This document shows, piece after piece, positions 1 through 14,039 of a stretch of 64,000 bases of DNA (position 1 is its first letter; every line of letters begins with the position of its first letter). The stretch covers positions 82,832,001 through 82,896,000 of the forward strand of contig OZ024741.1 of the NCBI GenBank assembly GCA_964016885.1, read 5' to 3'. Made by a program: the position numbers and the translations under genes. The notes beneath the pieces are model-generated. The model was not told the origin of the DNA. It searched no databases and saw only the letters and a program-made list of their open reading frames with translations. The stretch is from Eledone cirrhosa (Eukaryota).

Positions 1-1640
1 GAGCGGCCGGCTTATGGCTAGTCTTAAGAGACTGGATTGCTGCAAATAACAGTGACATCTCTGAGGTGAGAGTGAATGGTCACCTTTCTGAACCTTTCAG
101 CTTGGCACTCGGCCAGCCAAGGATTCCCCCTCTTGTCCCTGTTGTACGTATTGACTCTCAAGCCATTACTGCACAAACTGGAGACGTTGAGTGGGGTCCC
201 GCGCGAAAAGGGATGCGGGAGAACCATGTCAGCATATGCCAACGACGTCACCGTAGTGGTGTCGAACGTCAAACATATCGAGGCGATCGGCACAACTCTA
301 ATAGGATACGAGGCGGTGACAGGAGCAATGAGTAACCAGGAAAAGTCGTTGAGCCTTCGGCTCAGCACCTAGAAAGCCAGGTCCATGCCATACAATAGCA
401 TCGTGGGGCGCTGGATGGATGGACGAATTAAATACTAGGATTCTGGTTCGGTCCAGATATCCAGACGGCCAAAAACTGGGATGAGGTGACGAATAGGGTG
501 GCCTCTCTCATCCAGAAACGGTTCGTGAGGAAGTTATCCCTAAAACATCGAGCGGAGGTAGCACCCGCGTGCATTGCGTCCGTCATCTGCTACCGCCTGA
601 CCGACATGTCTTGTCATAAGTCTCACCTTTCTGCGGATGGGACCCGCTCCGATGGTCAGGAGGTGCATCTGCTCTCAACACCCGCTACGTGGAGGGCTGG
701 GCATGCCGTTGCTGATGATGTGCAGATATACTCGCATGCTATGGCATCACCACCTCTTTCGACGGCGTCTTTCCCCAACTCATCTCCTTGACAGAGATGC
801 AGTTATGGGTCAAGCGAAGACCGAGAGAAAGTGCTTGGAAGCTGGGATGTCTTCAGGCACACACAGCTTTCGGCCAGTCGGGCGATGCGATCGGTAGAAA
901 CTCCACCTTGACGTTCTATAGCGGGTTAGAGAAACAGCGCTCTTGGGGACACTCTCCGCGTCGATGAAAATCAACTAGCCATTCTCTTCGGGAGAAATTT
1001 CGGGCTGTGGCCCATGGACAATTTCCAGTGCAGTACTACCGGGGAGATTTGCAAGTTCAAGATAAACTCTACAGGCATGGAAGTGCCGTCAACAGGACCG
1101 AGCATTGCTGACTTGTGGATTTATGTCGATTACCTGATGTTGCGTGTAGGACGGATCCGGCTATCAGCTGAGACCATCTTGAGGATTTCCCCACCGCCTT
1201 ACTTTCGCCGGGAAAGGGAGGCAGTTTTTATCTGCTTGCTGGCCATGGTGAAAGAGGTCATGTGGTGGACGGGTTTTAAAGGGTTGAAGACGATCACGTA
1301 TCTCTTTGGCGATACTCTGATTAACTTTTTCAAATTTCATTTGAAAAGGAGAATCAGGGTGGAGGGGGAAATGATCCCTTCCCAGCAAGTTGTTGAAAGA
1401 TGAGTGAGAGAGGTAGCATGGCTCGAGTGAATGGGCCTGCTCTGAGTATGTGCCAGTAGATAGAAGGTGGAAAATTGGGAAAAGGCACTGGCCATGGTGG
1501 TCAGGGCCACCAACTCTTTTGTGTATTTTCTCTATGAGTGACCTTCGGAAGTATCCGCCTATTGGAAATTTCTTTTTTTCATTTTTTTTTCGTTACTTCC
1601 TTTGTTATTGTTTCTTTTTCTCCTGACACGCAGAAATGCT
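1..1640 (+). mobile_element. Tx1/L1-type LINE, decayed 3' portion of ORF2 (RT to C-terminus) plus 3' UTR
   Basis: Broken frames give QGFPLLSLLYVLTLKPLL, AYANDVT (YADD equivalent), WFGPDIQ, GGLGMP and WWTGFKGLK. Colinear with 46900-48660. Confidence 0.9.
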
Positions 1641-1765
1641 CAAATCCTGCCGATGTTAGATTTGCCTTTCATCCTTACAGGGGTCGATAAAATAAAACAC
1701 CAGTAATGCACTGGTGTCGATTTAATCGACTTTTCCCTCTCTTAAGATTGCTGGCCTTTTTGAAA
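1640..1765 (+). mobile_element. tRNA-derived SINE fragment with MetaSINE-like core
   Basis: B-box-like ctcaaatcctgcc followed by gcctttcatccttacaggggtcgataaaataaaacaccag. Family recurs many times in the window. Confidence 0.7.
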
Positions 1766-1904
1766 ATGATTATTACTATCCATTGTTTTGCTTACGTCTC
1801 TCAAATGACAGATTGACAATTATTATCGTCATATTGCATCTTTAAACTTATGCTTCGTTTTATGGATTGATAGGTTATAACTTGAAGCAAACGTAATCTG
1901 TTCT

Positions 1905-2085
1905 AAATAATTGTTTCTATTTTTGGCACACGGCCAGCAATTACCTAGTACATTACTGGTACCTTATTTTATTGACTCCGTAAGGATGAAAGACAAAGTT
2001 AACCTCGACGGGATTTGAACTCAGACGGCAAAGGGAGGTAACTATACTGGAAAGCATGGCGTCGGACCCTCCACCGATATTCAAG
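1905..2085 (-). mobile_element. tRNA-derived SINE, same family, opposite orientation
   Basis: Reverse complement of core and B box: ttttattgactccgtaaggatgaaagacaaagttaacctcgacgggatttgaactc. Confidence 0.7.
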
Positions 2086-3824
2086 CAATTTAAAATAACA
2101 GGTCCTGTTTTTGTCCAAAATTATACATGGGTTTGCTAAAGGACAAACAATATACACACTAGATTGATGCAACGCGTCGTTAGATTGAATGATAGATTAC
2201 CATATGTGAAGACATATATCTAAATGTATGCTTATTATAATGGCAGACACTATATAGTTTTAATCTATACTTCGATATGGGGACTTATAGTCGACATAAT
2301 TCACCGGATGTATCATTAGCTTAACCGAATATTTAAGTATGGAAAATGCCCGAGACTACATATTAATGATGTATATTTAAGTATTAATTTATACATAGAG
2401 CTGTAGAATCCTTTGACAATAGATTCCCATTACATACAACTCTTATGTGTGTTTTTAGGTTTGCATTATATTTGCCACTAATGCTAGTCTGGTTTATTTA
2501 TCATACTGCTGTTAAACTATAATATATCACGTAATAATCATCTGAAATTCGGGCAATATTGTGGAAGAGGTATGTCGATTTTATCGTCCCTAGTACTTGA
2601 ATTGTACAATATTGTTCTACTACCCCGAAAAGATGAACGCAACATGTTTCTCAATAGTAAAAGCATATCAGATATGTGATACTTTTCTTCTCTTCTATCA
2701 TCATTGATACTGGTATTTTTGTATTCTATCTGTACACAGATATTTGACATATGCCACTAACTACGAAATGTAACAAAACATTTCTACTGACATTACTATC
2801 GTAATTGATATAGCGATTTATTCGTGTTTTAAAGCCTTACGTGTTGTTGTTGTTTCGTCTCAACCAGTACAGGTACAGTTCCAATATACTCGTGACAAAA
2901 GTTTTCCTAACGAAGATCATCCATGCTGATTATATATAATACCTCAGGTATTACATTGTCTAAATTCTCCATCGCTCAAAGCGTCAGTTTTTACGGATCC
3001 AGTACCTATTCACAGAATAATGGCTTCAACTACGTTCATACATATATTGTCAGTTATCTAATGGATGTCTCGGCAATTTTGCAGGTTCTCATCAATGACC
3101 ATTAGTTTTTATTGTTCCTTTCTCTTCTATTTTCAAAACCCAATATACGCGGTGTTTTGAGCGAAATATTATGTAGCGATTTAAACTGGTGTAAAGTTAT
3201 TTATTATCAAAATGTGAAATTAGTATGTGAATGTAAAGAATATACTTATGAAAGTTTGATGTGCGTGGAAACACAAAACTATGATATTTTCCATGAGCCG
3301 TAAATGAAACTCTTGAAGTTTTGTCAGTAGATGTACACATAACTGAATACATTTACGTATTTCAGCATATAAAGCAAACAATCTTTTCCAATATAGTTGT
3401 TACCACAAGTAAAATATTTGCATTGTTAGAGTGTAGAGTTGTTAAATATTAACATTTATCATATCTAATGTTAACCATATATTATAAAAGAATTGATCCT
3501 AGATTTGAACCAATACACTATTTATCGGTTCAAACGTCAACCGGAACAAATACATTGGATGTTCTAATAATTTTGCCTTTTTGCCGGCTTCTATATCAGA
3601 AGGATATTAAAAAAATTCACCCTGTGGTGTAAAAGTGGCCGATAGATAAAGTGTAGCTCCCAATAACAGACACAGCAAAGAATTTCGTACGACATTTTAT
3701 TAATTCTCTTAATATACACAAAATGATTGCTACTCTATTTTTCTACACTAAAAGGTTAAACTTAGATTTGCGCTCCATGAGGTTTGAACAGAGACACACA
3801 TGCACATACACCTACTCACAGAAC

Positions 3825-3850
3825 TACACACACACACACATACACACATA

Positions 3851-3917
<67 letters not shown>

Positions 3918-4647
3918 AATATTTACATATTATATATTATTTAAGATTAAACACTGAAAAGCTCTATTAAAAGCTGTCAATAGCGGTAATTAAATGTTTA
4001 TTGAAATTTTATTTTTGAAGCTTACTTTCTCCATTTTTGGCTAATATTCTTCTTCTTCTTCTTCTTCTTCTTCTTCTTCTTCTTCTTCTTCTTCTTCTTC
4101 TTCTATATGAGGATTCTCATGCATGTTTTATGAAGCAGTTTTATCAATGTTTTTCCCATAACAGAATATAATTATATAACGTAAAATAATTATCAATTAA
4201 TTGAGTTAGCGTAATCTTTGACAGAAAAATAAAAACAAAATGAAAATATAAACCATAAACAAATAAAAAAATTAAAATAGATCGCACAGTAATGTGAGTT
4301 TGGTGTTGGTGAGATGGGCGTGGTAGAGAGGGTGGGAAGAGGTTTAGAACATTTTTACAGTAAACTTAGCATCGTAGTATTTGATTAGTGCATAGCATAG
4401 CAATGAATGTATTAAAGTTAATAAAAAGCGAAAAGGAAAAAGAAAAGTATATATACATACATGCATAAACATATACGTACATATATACATGCATGCATAA
4501 CATATGTGCGTGTGTGTATGTGTGTGTACCGGGAGAGAAAAAGACAGACAGGCGGAGAGGAAAGAGGGAGAAAGATATATATATATATTTATGTATATAT
4601 GGATACACCTGCGCGTACGCACGCACACACACACACACATACACACG

Positions 4648-4701
<54 letters not shown>

Positions 4702-4716
4702 CACACACATATATAA

Positions 4717-4748
<32 letters not shown>

Positions 4749-4752
4749 TCAT

Positions 4753-4823
<71 letters not shown>

Positions 4824-4925
4824 TATATATATGTATACATATATATATATACATATATATATATATATGTATACATATATATATATATATATATATATAT
4901 GTATTTATACATTTTTTTATATATG
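3825..4925. repeat. Microsatellite cluster: (CA)n, (TA)n, (TTC)n
   Basis: Directly visible. The YIYI/HTHT ORFs here are repeat translations. Confidence 0.95.
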
Positions 4926-5414
4926 TGTGTATTTGTATCTATATGTGTCTATCTCCGTGTAACTTTTAGTGTGTTTGTATCAGAAAATATAATTTGCTCT
5001 CCTACTTCTAGCCAGATTTCATTTTCGACTGAATAATTCATCATATTATTTACAATTCATTCGTTGATTTTTTAACGAATTAGTTTTGTTTCAATTTCGT
5101 TTTTCTATTTTTCTTTATTCGATTTGTTTAATTCTCGGGTGATTATTTATTATTTTAATATTATTATTTTCGTTTATTTATTTAAATATTACTTCACTTA
5201 TTAATCGTCACTCATTTATATCTGATAAAGTGGAGTCACAACCTAAAGTTGCGTCTTATACGATATGCTGATATATGCAAAAGTAGCAGGAACGGTGGAC
5301 CATATCTTGTTTCGCTAACATTTGACTTTTATCACCAGCCAAGCAAAATGTGTTTTTTTTTATTTCTAATTTTATTCGCTTTCTTATATTATTAAACTTG
5401 ATACACAGATATGT

Positions 5415-5850
5415 ACAATGGCATTTATCCTAATGCCCCGATCACAGCTGGTACGTTTCAAAACGTCCTGCTTAAGCCATGTCCATGATGTTGTTTTATC
5501 CTTGGTATCCTGTTTATATGTTCAAACTAGCCGTGCATTCTCAATTCCAGAAGATCTTTTCTCTTCAACTGTTTGGACAATTTCTGTCTTTCCAGCAATT
5601 TCCTCTGCATTTGTACTAATATCTTCTGCAAAATATTTCAACAATTTTTCATCAATCTTTACCAGATATTCTGTAAACGTTTTCCTCTCACTACGAAAAC
5701 AACTATTTACACTGATGAGACTTCTACCATCATTCTTTTTCTTCATGGACAATCTGTTTATATATGCTTAATGGTTCATGACTTCGTTCAATGACATTAC
5801 CCTACTCGTTTTTTCTATACAATTTTGCTATTTCTTCTTCAGCCTACGTC
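5415..5850 (-). mobile_element. R4/Dong-type non-LTR retrotransposon fragment (post-RT region)
   Basis: Minus frames read RLSMKKKNDGRSLISVNSCFRSE (cf. RLYxxRKxGGRGLIS) and SWTWLKQDVLKR...GIRINAI. Confidence 0.65.
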
Positions 5851-5989
5851 AAAATCTAACCACTGCCACAGCCAAGATATAAATTGCTGTGACTAGATTT
5901 ATCGCATTCAGGCTGAATTTTAAAATGATTATTTACTCTCTTTATATATGTCTCCCTACCCTCTTATCTCATTTATGCATGTAAAATTA

Positions 5990-6430
5990 CGTTGCCGCTT
6001 GTCGTTGGTAAGGCGAAAACTTGCGAAATCCCGACTAGGTCCATGCACGACATCCGCCACTTCATTTGATACATCATAGAGGTCGAAGTGTTTAAACCTG
6101 GGTTCGGCGGTGTTCTGATCAATTTAGATCAATCGAAAGCTTTTGATAGGATCGACCATCGATACTTGGAGGCTCTCCTCAAGGCAGGTGGTTTCAGTCC
6201 CGTCTTCAGACGCCGGATCGTGACAGTGCTCAGTAACCATTGTTCGGTGGTAACAGTAAATAGTCTTCTTTCGCAACATTTTTAGATCACGTGATCAGTC
6301 CTTCAAGGGTGTCCTCTTTCCTTCCTTCTGTACGTATTGGCCCTCATGCATTTACTGCGAAAGATGGAGATGTTGCTGGACATTCCACTTGAACAGGGAC
6401 GTCGAAGTGCGGTTTGAGTATATGTTTTTC
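5990..6430 (+). mobile_element. Tx1/L1-type LINE RT fragment
   Basis: GGVLINLDQSKAFDRIDHRYL and QGCPLSFLLYVLAL with stops. Homologous to 46660-47030. Confidence 0.9.
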
Positions 6431-6564
6431 ACCTACATTTCGCAGTTTATATGCCTTACAAATACCATTATAGGATATATTCGCTTCTATCTACAGGTAT
6501 CTGAAGCAGTCCTCGTTAGATACCAGTGAAACAGTTAGGCCATTGATAAATACATACATTCATA

Positions 6565-7170
6565 GTGGCTGCCAACTCGTTTTCGAGTACGGCCACTACT
6601 TTATATCCATGTAGGAGAACCCCTACCGATGCGCTGAACAAGTGTGACTTTTTAGACCAGCCAGCGACTTGAAAACTCTGGTACAAACACTATACTTGTG
6701 ACAATTATTGACACATATTGCTGGGCCCATGGTACCATGTGATGACAAGTGCAGAGAGATCTCCAGATATAAAGCAATGCCTGTGCCGTGAAGCTTTTAT
6801 AGTGAGCAAAGTCACTGCACAAAGCCAGTCCCACTCTCTTAACCAAGATGATATTTACCAAAAAGAAGAACAAGTCAACATCATTGGATACAATCAGGAT
6901 TGCAGGTGTTATATCAGAGATTTCCTTCTCCTAGAATTCTGCCTTGACAAAGGCTAAGGGGTCATCTCTCCCGGAGATTTTGGATGGCCATTGACTCTTA
7001 AGAGCTCCTTTTCCCTTTGACAGATTTTGTTTTTAGTCCTGCAGGATGTCCAAAGTCACCCTCCTCACCAAGAAACCTTGGTGGGGTTGCCAGTTTAGTC
7101 GCAAACGACCCGACCATGGGACAGGTTTTACTGGGATACATTTTACCAGTAGCACCAACTGGTGACCTGA
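6565..7170 (-). mobile_element. About 600-bp non-autonomous bipartite RTE-derived element, copy 1
   Basis: Reverse complement of 34856-35453. RTE-like 5' UTR joined to a C-terminal C2H2 finger remnant. Confidence 0.75.
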
Positions 7171-7196
7171 AAAACATACATATATACATACATGTG

Positions 7197-7228
<32 letters not shown>

Positions 7229-7530
7229 TGTATGTATGTATGTATGTATGTATGTATGTATGTATGTATCCCAGTACAACCTGTCTCATGGTCGGGTCGT
7301 TGGCGACTAAACTGCCAACCCCACCAAGATTTCTTGGTGTGGTTGCCAGTTTAGTTGCCAGTTTAGATTGGAAAAACACATGAGCATCACGAATAGATTT
7401 CCACCCTTATTAATATTTTATTTTACCTCATGGCAACATGCTGTCTCTAACAGTGACATCACCATCATCGTCATGTTCTCGAAACTGGTGCAACCAGTCG
7501 TAGTGAAACACACATATATACACAGACGCA

Positions 7531-7580
<50 letters not shown>

Positions 7581-8039
7581 TAACAGATTAAAGTTTAAGC
7601 AAAGAATCGCTGCTTTCACCCTTAACGGAGGACACCGCGGAATTAGCATAACTTTTGTTCGTCGTACTTGTGCAGGGCGTTCAGACTTTGGTGTAGGTGC
7701 AACAAAAGGGGTATTAGTAAACTAGCACAGACGTGAGTTTTACGGTGTCAATAACATGGCAACGTACACAGGGCCCAGATTTGCGCGTAATGAAAGCACG
7801 AAGCGTCAACAGGGCGCCGACAAAAATGTTAAGGTCCTACTCATCTCCTCAATTCCCCGACAGTGGTTCTGCTTAAATGTAAGTACGCGTTGTGTCCTCT
7901 GTTAAATAAACCAATTTTTTAACGAAATATTATACGATACCTACGATGTTTAAGTAGCGTTTATTTTTGAAAATGAAATGGCATGTAATGCACAATGCTA
8001 ATTCATAAATTTCCTAGAAACCAGTAATGGAATCGGAAA

Positions 8040-8500
<461 letters not shown>

Positions 8501-8564
8501 TTTCATCATATTTTCATTCTTGAAGATCGCTGTCATTATTTAAATAAATATTTCATAAAAACCG

Positions 8565-8700
8565 TGTGATTGGGTTGGTTGGTTCACGATCGTTTGGTCC
8601 TGAGTTTAATTCCCAACGGTGCGTTGTGTTCTTGAACAATGTACTTTCTATCACCGTGCTCCAGTCCATCCACCTGCTAACATTACATGGTACATGTCTA
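8565..8700 (+). mobile_element. Decayed tRNA-derived SINE
   Basis: gagtttaattccc B-box-like motif, then gtgttcttgaacaatgtactt...gctccagtc. Similar to 28660-28935. Confidence 0.45.
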
Positions 8701-9444
8701 TGTCTCCGTTCATGGAATCAAATACAGCACCTGTAGTTGGATATGACGGAAACCGACATAGACATTTGAACTCAAGGCTACGTGAACTGTAGTCCAGCTA
8801 CATATATCTTTCTACCTAGAGAAATTTCGCTTCTTTTAAGATGAATGACGAATTTCTTATGATTTGGATTAACATTTAATAGCTACTTTGCATCAAAAGC
8901 AATCGACTATCTTTTCTCCCCAAGGTCACTTAATGTTATTACATATATCTAGCCAGCATTTGTTTTCTACATATTCCATTGATTTTCATCAACAACAGCA
9001 TGTTTTGTCATAGAACAATATTGAAAGAAAAACTGATAGGCACCTATGTTTTAAATCAATTTCTCCATGACAAGATTATCGAAGATAACGCGAGAAAGCT
9101 TATTGATATTTCTCAATATTACTTCACGACATTAAATCTCTTTTGCTTACCTCATATTGGATAGCTTCACACCATATTCATTTTAATAAAAGAATTGGAA
9201 AAAAGTGTTTCATGTTACGTAAATGCAACGTATTCCTTTATTTGTTTTAGCTCAAATTTTTATCTGTTTAAATAGAATATTTTGTTGTTGTATCTAAGAA
9301 TTTAAATAAAATACTATTCGTTTTTACATAATTCGCTTCAGTTCCCCTTTGAAGTTACAACTAATACATCTGATTCACTTATTTAATTCATTTTCTCTCT
9401 ATGTATTATATACTTTTGTAATGTATGCACACATGCGTTTATAC

Positions 9445-10190
<746 letters not shown>

Positions 10191-10554
10191 GTAATTTAAT
10201 CACAATGGATTATTATATAGGATATCAATTCAAACAGCCTCTGATGATGTGCCATTTGCATGTAGCTACATTTTCTACAGTTCAATAACTCAATTTTATC
10301 TAATTAACATACAGCTGTCAGATTTTACAATCATCTCAGTCGAAGGTTTTCACCATTGTTTGAGTTTTCAGTTAGTTTCCACTATTCTGCATTTGAATTA
10401 TACCCCATTTCTCTTATCCATATTTTTGCGTTCTTTCTTTTTCTTACATTCATTCTCTCTTTTTTAATTGCCTTTCTTAAACGTATTTCTTTCTTTCTTT
10501 CCTTCTTTCTTTCTTCTTTCTTCTTCTTCTTATTATTATTATTATTATTATTAT

Positions 10555-11410
10555 CGGAGAACTTTCAGCTCAGGGCCTATGGATAACTTCCAAAAATCCC
10601 TGGCCTGGCAGTGCTACCGGGGAGCGCTGCCGATTCGAGATAATCTCTTCAGGCACGGAAGTGCCATCAGCTGAGCCTGTCCGAGATGCGCGCAAAGCGA
10701 CGAATCCGTCGTGCACGCACTCGTTCAGTGCCCGAGCATTGCTGATGTGTGGAGCTATGTCGAACCGTTGCTGTGGCGTGTAGGACTGATCCGGTTATCG
10801 ACTGAGTCCATTGTGCAGATGGTCTCGTCGTCTTCCTTCGAGGAGGAAGGGCAGGCGGTTTTCCTCTGCCTGCTGCCCCTGGCGAAAGAGATTGAGTGGT
10901 GGACAAGGTTGAATGGGTTAAAGACAGACACTTTCCTCTTCGGCGAATTCCTAATTAACTTTTTCAAGTTTCAGTTGAAGAGGAAAGTCAGGGTGGAGAG
11001 GCAAGTGCTGCCTTCTAGCTAGTTTGGTGAAAGGTGGGTGCATGTAGCGAGAATGGTCCGAGTGAACGGGACCGCTCTGAATATACGCTTGTAGTTTGAG
11101 GAATGGGAAAATATTGAGAGAAGGCGCTTGCCCTGGTGGTAAGGGTGGCCGTGGTCTTTTGTGTGGTTTTCACCACGAGTAACCCTCGAAGGTTTCCCCC
11201 CTATTAGGGAATTTTTCATTGTTTTAACTTTCATTTCTATTGTTTATATATATATATGCTTTTATGTCCTTTTTTTCTTTTCTTATATAAATAATAAAAA
11301 TATTTACACGCACAAAACCCACATCGAACCGTCCTGTACCGTTCTGTGCCGTCTGTAATGTTTTTCTTGATGTCAGCCCTTGTAGCCAATAAAGAAATAA
11401 TAATAATAAT
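10555..11410 (+). mobile_element. Tx1/L1-type LINE 3' end with 3' UTR and (TAA)n tail
   Basis: GPMDNFQKSLAWQCYRGALPIRD, Cys/His motif CPRC...HALVQC and WWTRLNGLK. AATAAA then (TAA)n. Confidence 0.9.
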
Positions 11411-11419
11411 TATTATTAT

Positions 11420-12095
11420 TATTATAGTTGCATTTATCTTGCTTTATTTTCATACGAGTTATCACCAAGTCACAACCAGTGACCTCAAGAGACAACAAGG
11501 TCCGCCATGTTCAAGAAAGAACATACGTACTCACACATGCATCTTTAGGTGTTTAGACTTGTGATGTACTTATATTGACAGAATCTTCCTTAGTATATGG
11601 GCAGTTCTCATTAGTACTATCTTTTGTATTTCTCCTATACGCAGGTTTCCTGGGATGTGCAATAAGTAATCATTAGACCCCTTAGATATCATTCCTATAA
11701 CGCCTACAACCACTGGTATGGTTTTAGTTCTCAATTTCCACATTTTTCCAATTTCTATCTCCAGGTCCTTATACTTGCTCAATTTTTCAAATGTTTTTAT
11801 AGATACATTCTTGTCTATTGGAACGGACATATCAATTAGCAGGCATACCCTCTTTTTGAAGTCCTTCAGTATTATATCAGGTCTATTTGCATTTATTTTT
11901 AGGTCTGTTTGGATGCTAAAGTTCCACAAGATTGAGATGTGATATTTTTCAAGTATGGGAGGTGGTTGATGCTCCCAGCAATTCTTTTGATGGGGCAGGT
12001 CAAAATGCTTACACATTATCCAATGTATGTATTGTGCAGCTCTGTCATGCCTGTTTAGGTATTCGGTTGGAGCTATAGGACTACACATTGGAATT
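11420..12095 (-). mobile_element. R4/Dong-type LINE 3' end encoding a restriction-like endonuclease
   Basis: ORF 11570-12088: RHDRAAQYIHW, NRPDIILKD, LIDMSVP, EKLSKYKDL (RHD and PD-D-K motifs). 3' UTR ends in (TAA)n. Confidence 0.9.
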
Positions 12096-12139
12096 ATATG
12101 ATCAATGGTCTCTGGTTGTTTTTTACATACACGGCACTA

Positions 12140-12387
12140 TTATTATTATTATTATTACAGTTGCATTTATCTTGCTTTATGTTCATACGAGTTATCACCA
12201 AGTCACAACCAGTGACCTCAAGAGACAACAAGGTCTGCCATGTTCAAGAAAGAACATACATACTCACACATGCATCTTTAGTGTTTAGACTTGTGATGTA
12301 CTTATATTGACAGAATCTTCCTTAGTATATGGGCAGTTCCCATTAGTACTATCTTTTGTATTTCTCCTATACGCGGGTTTCCTGGGA

Positions 12388-12390
<3 letters not shown>
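12140..12390 (-). mobile_element. Second, shorter 3' end copy of the same Dong-like family
   Basis: Near-identical to 11428-11655, flanked by (TTA)n. Confidence 0.9.
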
Positions 12391-12426
<36 letters not shown>

Positions 12427-12429
12427 ATT

Positions 12430-12720
12430 AACCAGTGAATGGGCCTACTCTGAGTATGTGTCTGTAAATTAAAGGTGGAAAACTGGGAGAGGGCACTTGC
12501 CCTGGTGGTCAGGGTCGCTGTGGCTTTTTAATGGGCTTTCTGCACGAATGTCCCTCGGAAGTCTCCTCCCTATTGGTGAATTTCTTCATTGTTCTATATT
12601 ACATCCTCTGTTTTTTTGTTTTTTTACACGTAGAAATGCCGTTTTGTACCGTCCTGTATTGTCCTCTACTGTCCTTAATGTCTACTTTGTGTAAACCCTT
12701 GTGGTTAATAAAGAAAGCTT
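12430..12720 (+). mobile_element. Tx1-type LINE extreme 3' end and 3' UTR
   Basis: gtgaatgggcctactctgagtatg...aataaagaaa matches 1427-1600 and 11061-11395. Confidence 0.85.
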
Positions 12721-12728
12721 TATTATTA

Positions 12729-12772
<44 letters not shown>

Positions 12773-12774
12773 GT

Positions 12775-13340
12775 TCTTTGAGTCTCAGTCATTGATGTTT
12801 TTTAACTGGAAAGTATGTTGAAATGAATATCAAGCCACTACCTGCGCCCTCAGATGTTCAGGACGTATCGGAGGGTTCTTGCTGTTCCCAGCAAGCATGC
12901 CTTTTGAAGTGATCTAAAAAGCGGGGCGGGACCAATTTTCTTTAACTATCCTTTGAAACTCTTTGGGATAGTACCTAGTGCGCCTGACAATCGGGACCAC
13001 TTTGACCTCATGGCAGTTCTAAATCCTTTTTACCTCCCACTTTAAGTCCTGGTAACGGTTTTATTTTCTCCCTCTCCTTCTCTTGCACTCTCGTGTCGAA
13101 TGGGCAGGCCACATCCACAATCAGGCACGATCTGTTTCCCTTGTCCAAAACCACCAGGTCCTGTCTATTGTGTTCCAGTTTTTTATCCGTCTGTATCCTA
13201 AAATCACACAGCACCTTCACCTGATCGTTTTCCATCTCCGACTCTGGCTTATGCTCATACCACTTCTCAGAATGTGGTAAATTGTTTACTTTACATAGGT
13301 GCCAGTGGATCACCCAGCCCATCACATCATGTCTCCAGCC

Positions 13341-13342
<2 letters not shown>
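12775..13342 (-). mobile_element. R4/Dong-type LINE 3' end, second family
   Basis: VIHWHLC...WYEHKP...DFRIQTD...HNRQDLVV...IVDVACPFD...KEREKI. (TTA)n on both sides. Confidence 0.9.
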
Positions 13343-13373
<31 letters not shown>

Positions 13374-13639
13374 GGTCTAAGCGGACGTATTTTGCTCCCC
13401 CACAGTAAGTCGCTTAATTTGCCTGTTTAAATTATTTGTTGTTAAATATTTCTTGTTGTGTAAGGGATATAAGCCCTTAGACTTTGCCCCGTGAAGGGGA
13501 AAGTATAATATTTGGGACTTTTGGCCAAAATCTTTGAACTTTTTTTTACATGTTAAAAAATTTACGAAGAAAAATAAACCTGGCTGAGCCATCCCCCAGC
13601 GATATGTCGACTGTCGTGCGACAACGACGTAGAAGTTGA

Positions 13640-13950
13640 GAGGAGCGCTACAGCGAAATTAACACACATTGATAACACAAACACCACCACAAACAAGGAA
13701 AACAAAGACACCAATGATACCAATAAGAACTCTAATTTTCAAAAAAATGACAGTAACAGCGACAACGAAAATACAGATAACAAAAACAAAAATAACAAAT
13801 AAAACAACAATATAGACACCACAAACAGATATTCAGGACGTATCGGATGGTTCTTGCTGTTCCCAGCAAGCATGACTTTCGAAGTATTCCAAAAAGCGGG
13901 GCTGGACTAATCTTCTTTAACCATCCTTGGAAACTCTTTGAGGTAGCCAC
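13640..13950 (-). mobile_element. R4/Dong-type LINE C-terminal tip and 3' UTR
   Basis: KSCLLGTARTIRYVLNI, homologous to 12855-12965. Confidence 0.75.
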
Positions 13951-14039
13951 GCTTCTTATCGCCTCCAGTTTTTTTTTTAAACAGTTTACATCGTTTTCAA
14001 CCGTTCTTAACCTGTTATTCAAGTTTCAAACTTGATAAA

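Noticed and set aside
2538-2750. 70-aa minus-strand ORF in non-repetitive sequence
   Set aside because: No recognisable motif or clear splice context; length is compatible with chance.
10236-10275. CTGATGA followed by a weak hairpin
   Set aside because: No GAAA or stem I partner, so not a hammerhead.
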